Part shown: piece by piece, positions 10,132 through 18,734 of the stretch
Layout of the letters: each line of letters begins with the position of its first letter
How positions within the stretch are numbered: position 1 is the first letter of the stretch
From: Synergistales bacterium
GTDB taxonomy: Bacteria; Synergistota; Synergistia; Synergistales; JAFGMB01
Direction: 5' to 3'
NCBI GenBank assembly: GCA_963666205.1
Contig: OY762654.1
Span: 736,001 to 800,000 of the forward strand
Length of the DNA: 64,000 bases
Program-made: the position numbers and the translations under genes
The notes under the pieces: generated by a model
The model's input: the letters and a program-made list of their open reading frames with translations, nothing else
Told to the model about the DNA's origin: nothing
Databases searched by the model: none

Positions 10132-11136
10132 CTATACATAAAGATCCTGGTAAAGTTCAGCGGGGTCTGGTTCCGGAGCCTGCATGGCAAAATCCACCGC
10201 TTCTTCGATTACTTTCCTGGCGTCGCTCTTTATCTCATCGAGTTCAGCCCGGGACATCATTTTTTCTGCCAGGACCCTTTCTTCAAAACGGGTTATGGGA
10301 TCATTCTCTGTAAATACCTTGTTTACTTCTTCCTTGGTCCTGTACATTTCAGGATCACCGACAAAATGGCCTCCTATACGGTAGGTCTTGCATTCAAGAA
10401 GGGCTGGGCCTTCTCCCTTTCTGATATTCTCGATCAGGCCCTTTGCCGCCTCGTAAACAGCAAAGACATCATTTCCGTCAACTATTACACCAGGCATACC
10501 ATAACCCTGGGCACGGTCTGCAATATCTTCGACAGAGGTCGTAGTTCTGTAGGGAGTGGTTGAAGCCCACTGATTGTTCTCACATACGAAAAGGACTGGA
10601 AGTTTCCAGGCAGCAGCCATGTTGGCCGCCTCATGGAAGGTACCACGGTTGGAAGCGCCATCTCCGAAAAAGACCACTGCTATCTCTTCTTTTCCCATCA
10701 TCTTGCTCGCAAGGGCAGAACCGGTTGCCAGGGTGTATCCACCCCCCACTATTCCATTTGCACCAAGCATTCCTACACTGAAATCGGCTATATGCATGGA
10801 ACCGCCTTTTCCCTTGCAGAATCCAGCTTTTTTGCCAAAGATCTCTGCCATCATCCTTTTAGGATCGGCACCCTTGGCTATTGTGTGGCCATGTCCCCTG
10901 TGGGTGGTCTGAATATAGTCCTTTTTTGTAAGGTTGGACATGATACCTGTTCCCGTTGCCTCTTCTCCGATGTAGACATGGACAAACCCGGGAATCACAC
11001 CAGCAAGGAATTTCTCCTGGATATTCTCTTCAAAACACCTGATCTTGCACATGATTTCGTAGAAATGTTCCAGAAGCTCCTTATTGTATTTCTTGATAGA
11101 AGAAGGAGTCTTCTTTGTTACAGGTTTAGCACACAT
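10132..11136 (-). CDS. acoA: TPP-dependent acetoin/pyruvate dehydrogenase E1 alpha subunit
   Basis: PGFVHVYIGEEA, THRGHGH, GKGGSMH, GDGA...ENN TPP motif, GHFVGD. Confidence 0.85.
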   Translation of the reverse strand: MCAKPVTKKTPSSIKKYNKELLEHFYEIMCKIRCFEENIQEKFLAGVIPGFVHVYIGEEATGTGIMSNLTKKDYIQTTHRGHGHTIAKGADPKRMMAEIFGKKAGFCKGKGGSMHIADFSVGMLGANGIVGGGYTLATGSALASKMMGKEEIAVVFFGDGASNRGTFHEAANMAAAWKLPVLFVCENNQWASTTPYRTTTSVEDIADRAQGYGMPGVIVDGNDVFAVYEAAKGLIENIRKGEGPALLECKTYRIGGHFVGDPEMYRTKEEVNKVFTENDPITRFEERVLAEKMMSRAELDEIKSDARKVIEEAVDFAMQAPEPDPAELYQDLYV

Positions 11137-11177
11137 ACAAATACCTCCTTAACATTTTGCACTGAAAGAATCTGTGA

Positions 11178-12500
11178 TCAGCCTGCCAATGTGGGCAACC
11201 ACATTACTATTTTGGGCCAGATCAGGCACATGGCAAGGCCGGTGGCCTGAAGCATCACGAAGGGAGTCACGCCCCAATATATCTCTTTAGTTGTAACAGT
11301 CGAGGGAGCAACGCCTTTAACAAAGAAAATAGCGTAGGCAAAGGGCGGGGTAAGGAAAGACATCTGAAGATTGATACTGATCAAAAGCACGAAGTAAAGG
11401 GGATCAAGCCCAAGATGAACAGCTATGGGCAGGAAAATGGGCACCACGATATATACGATCCCAATCCAGTCAAGGAACATACCCATAATGAAAATGGAGA
11501 ACATCATGATAAAGATAACTCCCCACTTTCCAAGCCCCAGTCCAAGAAGCATGGCTTCGATAAGGGCACCGCCCCTCATGAACAGGAAGACTGACGTGAA
11601 CATCTGGGCTCCAACGATTACAAAGAAAACCATGGAGGTTACCTTGATGGTCTCCATGACTGCTCCTCTTACGGTAGCCCAGTTAAGGTTTCTGTACAGC
11701 AGTGCAATGATAATGGCACCGAGAGCACCCACACCCGAAGCCTCCGTTGGGGATGCTATCCCCAGAAGGATCGATCCCAGAACAGCGAACAGCAGACCCA
11801 GGATGGGGAGCATGTAGATTACTGTGTGAAGAAGGATAGTCCCCTTTACGGCATCCCTTTCAGCGGACGTGATGGCAGGTGCCACCGAGGGCTGGAGCCA
11901 GCACCTGATGATAATATATACAATGTAAAGGGAAGCAAGAAGAAGACCGGGAAGAAGGGCACCGGCAAAAAGCTTGGCCACCGAAAGGTTCGTCATAGGG
12001 CCAAGAACAACCAGCATTACACTGGGAGGAATAAGGATCCCAAGCGTACCTCCGGCACACACTACACCCGTGGAAAGGCCATGATCGTAGTTACGCTGAA
12101 GCATGGCGGGGAGGGCCATAAGGGTCATGGTGGTAACAGATGCAGCTATAACGCCAGTACAGGCAGCAAAGAGGGTACTGATGATGATGGTTGTCAATGC
12201 AAGACCGCCCCTGACAGGTCCAAGAAGGAGATACATGGTATTGAACAGTTTCTCCGCCGCTCCGCTCTTCTCAAGAATACATCCCATAAAGACGAACAAT
12301 GGTACCGCGATAAGGACCTCGTTCTGCATTACACCGAAGGTGTTCTGCATAAAGAGGTTCAGCATTGCAGGACCTCTGTACCAGACACCGAAGGTTACTC
12401 CAAGGAACATCATGGCAAAACCAAGGCGAACTCCAGTCATCACCATGAAGATCAAGATAAGGAGCATCGATACCGCTAAAACTTCTGGGCTCATGGTCAT
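11178..12500 (-). CDS. dctM: TRAP transporter large permease
   Basis: AVPLFVFMG, GTLGILIPPS, SPTEA, LTPPF; polytopic. Confidence 0.93.
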   Translation of the reverse strand: MTMSPEVLAVSMLLILIFMVMTGVRLGFAMMFLGVTFGVWYRGPAMLNLFMQNTFGVMQNEVLIAVPLFVFMGCILEKSGAAEKLFNTMYLLLGPVRGGLALTTIIISTLFAACTGVIAASVTTMTLMALPAMLQRNYDHGLSTGVVCAGGTLGILIPPSVMLVVLGPMTNLSVAKLFAGALLPGLLLASLYIVYIIIRCWLQPSVAPAITSAERDAVKGTILLHTVIYMLPILGLLFAVLGSILLGIASPTEASGVGALGAIIIALLYRNLNWATVRGAVMETIKVTSMVFFVIVGAQMFTSVFLFMRGGALIEAMLLGLGLGKWGVIFIMMFSIFIMGMFLDWIGIVYIVVPIFLPIAVHLGLDPLYFVLLISINLQMSFLTPPFAYAIFFVKGVAPSTVTTKEIYWGVTPFVMLQATGLAMCLIWPKIVMWLPTLAG

Positions 12501-12997
12501 TCTTCTCCTTTAACTGCTACACGCAAATTTCGAAATAATTCCACCACACCCTGCAACATGAGCAAAGCAAACCCGATGGGTATCATGGTTTTAACCGGTC
12601 CTGCAGGGAAATGCCACAGTGTCGTCGAGAGATACTCATGCGAACTCCATGCCCTTGCGGCAAACTGGATACCTTTCCAGGTCAGGATCGCCATGATGGG
12701 CAGAAAGATAACGGCAAAAAAGAAAGAGTCGTACCATGCCTGAAATCTTTTTGGAAGGGCCGAAAAGATGATGTCAATTCTCACATGTCTTTTATGTAAC
12801 ATGGTATATCCTCCACCGAGAAGGAACATTGCGCTGAAAAGCATCCAGGCCGTATCGTAAACCCAGTCGGTGGGATTATTGAATACGTACCTGATCACGA
12901 CCTCGTAGACAACCACCGCGTTGAGGGGTAATACTATAGCGGCAGCGACCAGACCTAATTTTTCATTAACCCACTCGATAAGATCGAAAAGTCCCAT
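12497..12997 (-). CDS. dctQ: TRAP transporter small permease
   Basis: YEVVIRYVFNNPT.W, HVRIDI; four TM segments. Confidence 0.92.
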   Translation of the reverse strand: MGLFDLIEWVNEKLGLVAAAIVLPLNAVVVYEVVIRYVFNNPTDWVYDTAWMLFSAMFLLGGGYTMLHKRHVRIDIIFSALPKRFQAWYDSFFFAVIFLPIMAILTWKGIQFAARAWSSHEYLSTTLWHFPAGPVKTMIPIGFALLMLQGVVELFRNLRVAVKGEE

Positions 12998-13029
12998 TTT
13001 GTTACCTCCACTCCATATGGGCTATCTTC

Positions 13030-13059
13030 ATAGGAGAGCGGCATAAGCCGCTCTCCTAT
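13030..13059 (-). terminator. Stem-loop downstream of dctP (mRNA stabiliser or attenuator)
   Basis: ATAGGAGAGCGGC-ATAA-GCCGCTCTCCTAT, 13-bp stem. Confidence 0.7.
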
Positions 13060-13105
13060 AATTGTTTCATTGTTGATTGGAAACAGGATACTTAACTGAT
13101 CATTC

Positions 13106-14158
13106 CTACTTGTCGAACTTGACCAGGTTATTAAGGTCCTCGTAAGATGCAAGGAATTTCTTCTGGGATTCCCAGACCTTCTTGAACATGGGGTCGTCCT
13201 GTGATTTTTCATCAAGAATCTCATAGGTCAGTCTCAAAGCGATCGCCTGATCAGCAGGAGAAAGTTTGTTGATCTCCACTCCGGCGGCCTTTATCTCGTC
13301 AAAGGCCTTTATGCTTTCAAACCAGAACTTGGCATAGCCCTCAAAGGTTGCCGAAACGGCCGCATTCTTTACGATCTCCTTGAGGTCATCAGGAAGGGCA
13401 TTGTACTTATCCGTGTTGATAATAAGCTGGAAGATATTGGAACCCATGTGAATGGGGGGACCCATGAGATATTTGCAGACCTCGTGAAGCCCAAGACCTA
13501 CGTCCATGCTCGGGAAGGCAAACTCTGCACCATCGATAACACCTCTGCGGAGGGAAGGAACCACTTCGCCGCCGGGAAGAAGGACAACGGATGCGCCGAG
13601 TTTCTGCCAGAGTTCCATGCTCAGACCGGCAGACCTGACCTTAAGTCCCTTGATGTCCCCAAGGGTTTTGACCGGCTTGGTGGTCCATATTCCTGATTCC
13701 GGAGGGGTAAGGCCAAGGGGGAAGACCTTGATTACATCGCCATACATTTCCTGCTCGAGGGTTGCGCCTTCATCACCGTACATCCAGACCAGCAGGTCAT
13801 TGGTTTCAGTTACACCAGCGGGAAGGGTGTAGAAAAGGTCTCCCGCAGGATACTGCCCCTTCTGCCAGGCAGGAGTATTCTGACCGCAGTCAAGGACGCC
13901 GTCACGGACAGATTCGAAAACAGCAGGTCCGGGAACGATCTCGCCCGAGCCATGCATTTCTATTTTAAGTCTTCCGCCACTCATTGCCTCAACTTTATCT
14001 GCCCACATGGGGAAATACATACCTACTGGAAGAGTAACGGGGAAGCAGCTCTGTCCTACCCACACTATGGGTTTATCTGCTGCAATAGCGGTACCGGAAC
14101 CGAACATAACGAAAGCCATCAGAAGTGCAATTACAAAAAGAGCAAAACCTTTTTTCAT
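13106..14158 (-). CDS. dctP: TRAP solute-binding protein
   Basis: Signal peptide, SGGRLKIE, DIKGLKVR, LPGGEV...GVIDGAE. Confidence 0.92.
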   Translation of the reverse strand: MKKGFALFVIALLMAFVMFGSGTAIAADKPIVWVGQSCFPVTLPVGMYFPMWADKVEAMSGGRLKIEMHGSGEIVPGPAVFESVRDGVLDCGQNTPAWQKGQYPAGDLFYTLPAGVTETNDLLVWMYGDEGATLEQEMYGDVIKVFPLGLTPPESGIWTTKPVKTLGDIKGLKVRSAGLSMELWQKLGASVVLLPGGEVVPSLRRGVIDGAEFAFPSMDVGLGLHEVCKYLMGPPIHMGSNIFQLIINTDKYNALPDDLKEIVKNAAVSATFEGYAKFWFESIKAFDEIKAAGVEINKLSPADQAIALRLTYEILDEKSQDDPMFKKVWESQKKFLASYEDLNNLVKFDK

Positions 14159-14275
14159 TATCTCATACCTCCTCTTGATAAAAAGCTGTCAGGTTTCTTA
14201 TCCTCACGCCATATCCTTGCCTAACTTATAGCCTTTGCTTCACCTCCTTAAAAGAAACAGAGACAGATACAATTT

Positions 14276-14905
14276 TCAAAGTAAACGTGTCTTGGCTCCT
14301 TTCAGATGGACATCCATCTCCCTGATAGCTCGTTCAAGGTCGCCCTCTTTCATCGCTGTCAGGATGAGTGAATGTTCTTTAACAAAAAGCTTCATATTAT
14401 CGAGAGATTCAAGCATTTTATAATTAACAGAATAAAGTCTATCCCTGAGGTTTGCCATGTATTCAACGATCATTGGATTACCATAACGCCTGAAGAGGAA
14501 TTCATGAAACTCCCTGTCAGAGCGAAGAAAACCGGGAGTATCCGTTTCCAGGATACATGAAAGCTGCTGATCGATCACAGCTGAAAGATACTGTATATCC
14601 TCTTTAGTCAGGTTGCCGGAGAGTTCACGGACAACAAACTCTTCAAGGGCTATCCTCATATCATAAATATCACGAACTTCCTGAACTGAAGTTTCAGTTA
14701 CCACTATTCCCCGATTAGGCAATACCTTTATAAAACCCTCCGACTGAAGCTGCTGGAGTGCTTCTCGAATAGGGGTCCGGCTCATCTGAAGCCTTTTGGA
14801 AAGAGAATTTTCGGAGATGCTGTAATTTCCGGCAAAATCCTGATCTGTGATTAGTCTTTTGATTTTCTGATAGGCGATTTCTTTCTTGCTTTCTTTTGGT
14901 TTCAA
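14276..14905 (-). CDS. GntR/FCD family transcriptional regulator
   Basis: wHTH SENSLSKRLQMSRTPIREAL; FCD DREFH...EH..I; TTG start with AGGGGG SD. Confidence 0.9.
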   Translation of the reverse strand: MKPKESKKEIAYQKIKRLITDQDFAGNYSISENSLSKRLQMSRTPIREALQQLQSEGFIKVLPNRGIVVTETSVQEVRDIYDMRIALEEFVVRELSGNLTKEDIQYLSAVIDQQLSCILETDTPGFLRSDREFHEFLFRRYGNPMIVEYMANLRDRLYSVNYKMLESLDNMKLFVKEHSLILTAMKEGDLERAIREMDVHLKGAKTRLL

Positions 14906-14936
14906 AATTATCCCCCTGGGAAAAAGCGATTGCAGC

Positions 14937-14957
14937 TTGTATGCAAGTTGGATACAA
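14937..14957. promoter_or_regulatory. Putative tandem GntR operator
   Basis: TTGTATGCAA-G-TTGGATACAA, two one-mismatch copies of palindrome TTGTATACAA just upstream of the gntR start. Confidence 0.55.
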
Positions 14958-15200
14958 CCAAAAAACAACAATAGAATATTATTTGAACACCTTTCTGTCA
15001 AGTGGCCCCTCAAGTAGTCGCTAAAGTTGAAAAATTGCTTTCAATAAAGGAGAAGTTAGAAAATATTGTAGTTAATGAATTCACACATTTGGAATAAACA
15101 TATCTTTAATGGAGATATTGACATTATCCGACCTATGAATAAAACTTACCTTTATTAATGGGAAAAGAGACTCTTATCGTCCCGGAGGGAGGAAATAGAT

Positions 15201-15503
15201 CTGAAACATAAAGTATTACTGATCCATCCAGCTGATAATGTAGCTACTGCCCTGACAGATATTACTGCAGGGGATAAGGCTATTTGTTCCATAGGGGAAA
15301 AAGACATTCCTGTACTGGCAGTTGAAGATATTCCCTTCGGCCACAAGATAAGCCTTTCAGATATTTCAACAGGAATGGAAGTTATAAAATATGGGGAGAT
15401 CATAGGAAAGGCATCAGTGGAGATCCGTAAGGGACAGCATGTACATGTTCATAATCTTGAAAGTTTGCGGGGACGTGGCGACCTGGAGGTAGAGACTGAA
15501 TGA
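15201..15503 (+). CDS. UxaA/SuyA-type SAF-domain small subunit, probable CTG start
   Basis: Absent from the ORF track. Translates KHKVLLIHPADNVATAL...IPFGHKISL...VIKYGEIIG...GQHVHVHNLES.RGRGD; GGAGG 8 nt before CTG; in-frame TAA at 15156; ATGA overlap with next gene. Confidence 0.88.
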   Translation: MKHKVLLIHPADNVATALTDITAGDKAICSIGEKDIPVLAVEDIPFGHKISLSDISTGMEVIKYGEIIGKASVEIRKGQHVHVHNLESLRGRGDLEVETE

Positions 15504-16657
15504 GACTTTATGGATATATCAGAGAAAACAATACTGCAGGCATAAGGAATCACCTTCTCATAATACCCTCGTCTGTCTGCGCCTCCACCATTTCTTCAAG
15601 GATAGCAGATCAGGTTTCAGGAGCAATATCCCTTCCCAATCAACATGGATGTGCCCAGATAAGACCAGACCTGGATCTTACATTCAGAACACTTGCCGGC
15701 TTTGGGAAAAACCCGAATGTCGGAGCTGTAATTGTTATCGGTCTGGGATGTGAAAGTCTGAAAGCAGAGGAACTTGCCAGGGAAATAAGTAAATCCGGCA
15801 AACCTGTAGAATTTCTGGAGATCCAGAGTTGCGGAGGCACCCTCTCCGCCCAGGAAAAGGGACTGAGAATCGCGACACTTCTCAGTCAAAGTCTATCTCT
15901 GTTAAAACGGGAACAGATAAGCTTCGGAGATATCGTCCTTGGTCTGGAGTGCGGGGGATCTGATACAACTTCAGGCCTTGCTGCCAATCCAGCACAGGGT
16001 CATGTATCAGATAAACTTATAGATCATGGCGGCACATCTATCCTTTCAGAAACCACGGAATTGATTGGTGCTGAACATCTCCTCGCAAAACGGGCCTTAA
16101 ATGATATCATCTCAAAAAGATTGATAGAAATAGTGAACAATTGTGAAAAAAAGGCAAAGAGTATGGGCGTGGACTTGAGGGGTAGCCAGCCGACACCAGG
16201 GAACATCGCTGGAGGATTGACCACAATAGAAGAAAAATCCCTGGGCTGCATATACAAGGGAGGGACACAACCCCTTTGCGGAGTCCTGGGTTATTCCGAA
16301 GCTCCATCTGCTAAAGGTCTCTTTATGATGGATACCCCGGGACAGGACATAGAATCAATAACAGGCATGGTAGCGGGAGGGGCACAGATTGTACTGTTCA
16401 CAACTGGAAGGGGTACCCCTACAGGATGCCCTGTAGCACCTGTCATAAAGATCACCGGAAACCCGGGAACTTACAGGATAATGGAGGAAAATATTGATAT
16501 AAACGCCGGAACCGTAATTGAAGGATCTGAGACGATCCAGGAAGCAGGAGAAAGGATCTGGCTAGAAATGATAGAAGTAATTAACGGTAAGCTAACTAAA
16601 TCCGAAAGTCTTCTTCACCGGGAATTCGGGATACACAAACTTATTTCCACATTTTAG
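15500..16657 (+). CDS. UxaA/GarD/SuyB family dehydratase or lyase large subunit
   Basis: GIRNH, HGCAQ, GLGCE, CGGSD..SG..ANP, GNIAGGLTTIEEKSLG, FTTGRG. Confidence 0.9.
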   Translation: MRLYGYIRENNTAGIRNHLLIIPSSVCASTISSRIADQVSGAISLPNQHGCAQIRPDLDLTFRTLAGFGKNPNVGAVIVIGLGCESLKAEELAREISKSGKPVEFLEIQSCGGTLSAQEKGLRIATLLSQSLSLLKREQISFGDIVLGLECGGSDTTSGLAANPAQGHVSDKLIDHGGTSILSETTELIGAEHLLAKRALNDIISKRLIEIVNNCEKKAKSMGVDLRGSQPTPGNIAGGLTTIEEKSLGCIYKGGTQPLCGVLGYSEAPSAKGLFMMDTPGQDIESITGMVAGGAQIVLFTTGRGTPTGCPVAPVIKITGNPGTYRIMEENIDINAGTVIEGSETIQEAGERIWLEMIEVINGKLTKSESLLHREFGIHKLISTF

Positions 16658-16696
16658 AAAAATATTCTGAACAGGGAGGTTTTTCGTGCAGCATAA

Positions 16697-17194
16697 TTAT
16701 GAACAGGATTTACGAACTTCTTTCATGTTAAAAAGGATAAAATCGGTTTTTTCATCATAAACTCTTTCCAGTACAATGTCCGCAAAAGACTGGATAACTA
16801 TTTCCATTGTGGCCAGAACAGGTGTTGATCCATTATCCACAATGTGACCAGCAATGGGTTCCATTTCATCAGTACCTACCGTACCATGAAGATGTACACT
16901 TATCTCTCCATCCTTAAGGCCTATCATTCCCTGGGCGCCAACAAGCTCAAGAGGCCCTTCTATCGTTATTGGTTCAAAATATCTGGCTCCTGTTTCAGAA
17001 GTTGGATCGGGGGTAACACAGACAAGGGTAACAGACCAGAGACTTCCCAACATGGTTACAATACTCCCTGCGGTAACACCCTTTGATTTGCAGATCTCTC
17101 TTATACCTTCAAAAATATCCTTACCGGGAAGCAATCGTGCCACAACTGTTTTTGAAATATTAGTTTCTACAGCATAAAAAGACTGGGATTCCAA
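16697..17194 (-). CDS. PPC/DUF296 domain protein (second paralog)
   Basis: ARLLPGKD, GSL, GPLE, HLHG...AGH...TME; TTG start after GGAGGGG. Confidence 0.85.
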   Translation of the reverse strand: MESQSFYAVETNISKTVVARLLPGKDIFEGIREICKSKGVTAGSIVTMLGSLWSVTLVCVTPDPTSETGARYFEPITIEGPLELVGAQGMIGLKDGEISVHLHGTVGTDEMEPIAGHIVDNGSTPVLATMEIVIQSFADIVLERVYDEKTDFILFNMKEVRKSCS

Positions 17195-17369
17195 AGTAAT
17201 TCTCCCCTCCCCATAACATTCGCCCGAAAAAAACAGCATAATTCTACCATAGAAAAGAGCAAGCCTTCAGAGCTTCATTAAAAATATGTTACCAAAGATA
17301 ACCTTAAATCCAGACCCGGAGATATATGGAGTTTTGAATCCAGAATATCACCTCCGGAACTTCAGACAA

Positions 17370-17855
17370 CTATTGCGTGGAAGTTAAAGACTGTTCCTCT
17401 CCTTGTGAACCAAATTCCTTCAACTGTTCATTAAGCTTTTTCCCTATCTCAAAGTACTTCATTTCGACTTTTCTGAGTTCTTTCGCATCGGCTTCATATT
17501 CCTTCCTGGGATAGACTCCTCCTCTACTCTTTTCATGGAGTTTCCTGCAGATCAACTTAAGGCTGACCATAGCCTCAAGGAAAGCTGAAGAGTAAGCTCT
17601 CAGGGTAATGAGAAACTGTCCTTCGAGACTCTCATTCTCTGGTTTAAGGGATCGAATAAAGTTTTTCACCTGATCGATCTCATCTTCCATTTCCCCAAGA
17701 CGTTCAATATGGGACAAATAATTTATGGGCCTGAAAATTCCCGGTATGGGAAGGCTTTTACGAATTGAGGGTTTGAAAACATCATCCTCAATAGATACAT
17801 ATTCCTTTATGAGATCATTGACCTTCCGTGCAACCAGGCTTGTTTCACCGTTCAT
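17370..17855 (-). CDS. Hypothetical protein
   Basis: 161-aa ORF, GGAGG SD, overlaps the upstream ORF stop (ATGA). Confidence 0.7.
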   Translation of the reverse strand: MNGETSLVARKVNDLIKEYVSIEDDVFKPSIRKSLPIPGIFRPINYLSHIERLGEMEDEIDQVKNFIRSLKPENESLEGQFLITLRAYSSAFLEAMVSLKLICRKLHEKSRGGVYPRKEYEADAKELRKVEMKYFEIGKKLNEQLKEFGSQGEEQSLTSTQ

Positions 17856-18292
17856 ATTTCAGCCTCCTGTTCCTTATTTTCATCATGTTTCGGAATAATT
17901 TCATCAAGTATAGAGGAAAGTTCCTCAAAAAGACCTTCAAGCTCTGAAAGGTATTCCCGGGAATTAAGCAGGGATGGGTCTCTTTTTGATTTCTTACGCA
18001 TATCCTCCGCTCTTTGTTTACCAGATTCCAGTCTGCGGAGAAGAGCTTCAACTTCCTCTTTCTGATCATGTTCCAGATTTACAAGCTCACTTCTGACGGT
18101 ATTCAGGATTTCTCCGGCGACAGCAACCGCATTATCGGTTTCCCTTGCAGGAAAGGGAAGATACTCTGTCATCGGGGGCTTCTCAATGGAAAGAGATGAA
18201 AACAGGAATATCACCCCGATAACAAGGATACACAAAAATACAGCAGGGTAAAACATTTTTCTACTCATAATGTAGGACGTCCTTTTACGCAA
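17852..18292 (-). CDS. Hypothetical membrane-anchored coiled-coil protein
   Basis: N-terminal hydrophobic helix then charged helical region; start uncertain. Confidence 0.65.
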   Translation of the reverse strand: MRKRTSYIMSRKMFYPAVFLCILVIGVIFLFSSLSIEKPPMTEYLPFPARETDNAVAVAGEILNTVRSELVNLEHDQKEEVEALLRRLESGKQRAEDMRKKSKRDPSLLNSREYLSELEGLFEELSSILDEIIPKHDENKEQEAEI

Positions 18293-18503
18293 ATATCCTG
18301 TTTCCTGATATTCTCACAAAGCAAAGGGGATTGTAAAGGCCATATTCCCGATAAGAAAATATGGTATCTCTCTCTAAATATAAATGTCGCAAGAAAAAAC
18401 GAAAGCACATAATGTAAAAAACCATGATCCTCGGTCCAAAGAGCAATGACAGTATTTTCAACATGTTCTGCAAAGATATCGAACAGTTCATGGAAAGACG
18501 CTT

Positions 18504-18638
18504 TCAATGAAAGGCGGTATATCTGCGAGTAGGGTCAAAACATGCGTTAACAATCTCTTCCATACTTAGTGGGCTTGCAATGCCCTGCCAGGCTATATCA
18601 AAGGAAGTGCCATGATCCACAAATGAACGTACAATGGT
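18504..18638 (-). pseudogene. pdxA: C-terminal remnant of a PdxA-family dehydrogenase
   Basis: Manual translation TIVRSFVDHGTSFDIAWQGIASPLSMEE resembles the PdxA signature IRTSVDHGTAFDIAxKGIA; no upstream part. Confidence 0.75.
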
Positions 18639-18734
18639 TTGATTGAACCAGGTATTTCTTATTTGCGTTTTAATACCTATGGTATCATCATCTTTAATTC
18701 AGATAACTCAATAAATTCAAAAGAGGTGAGATAT

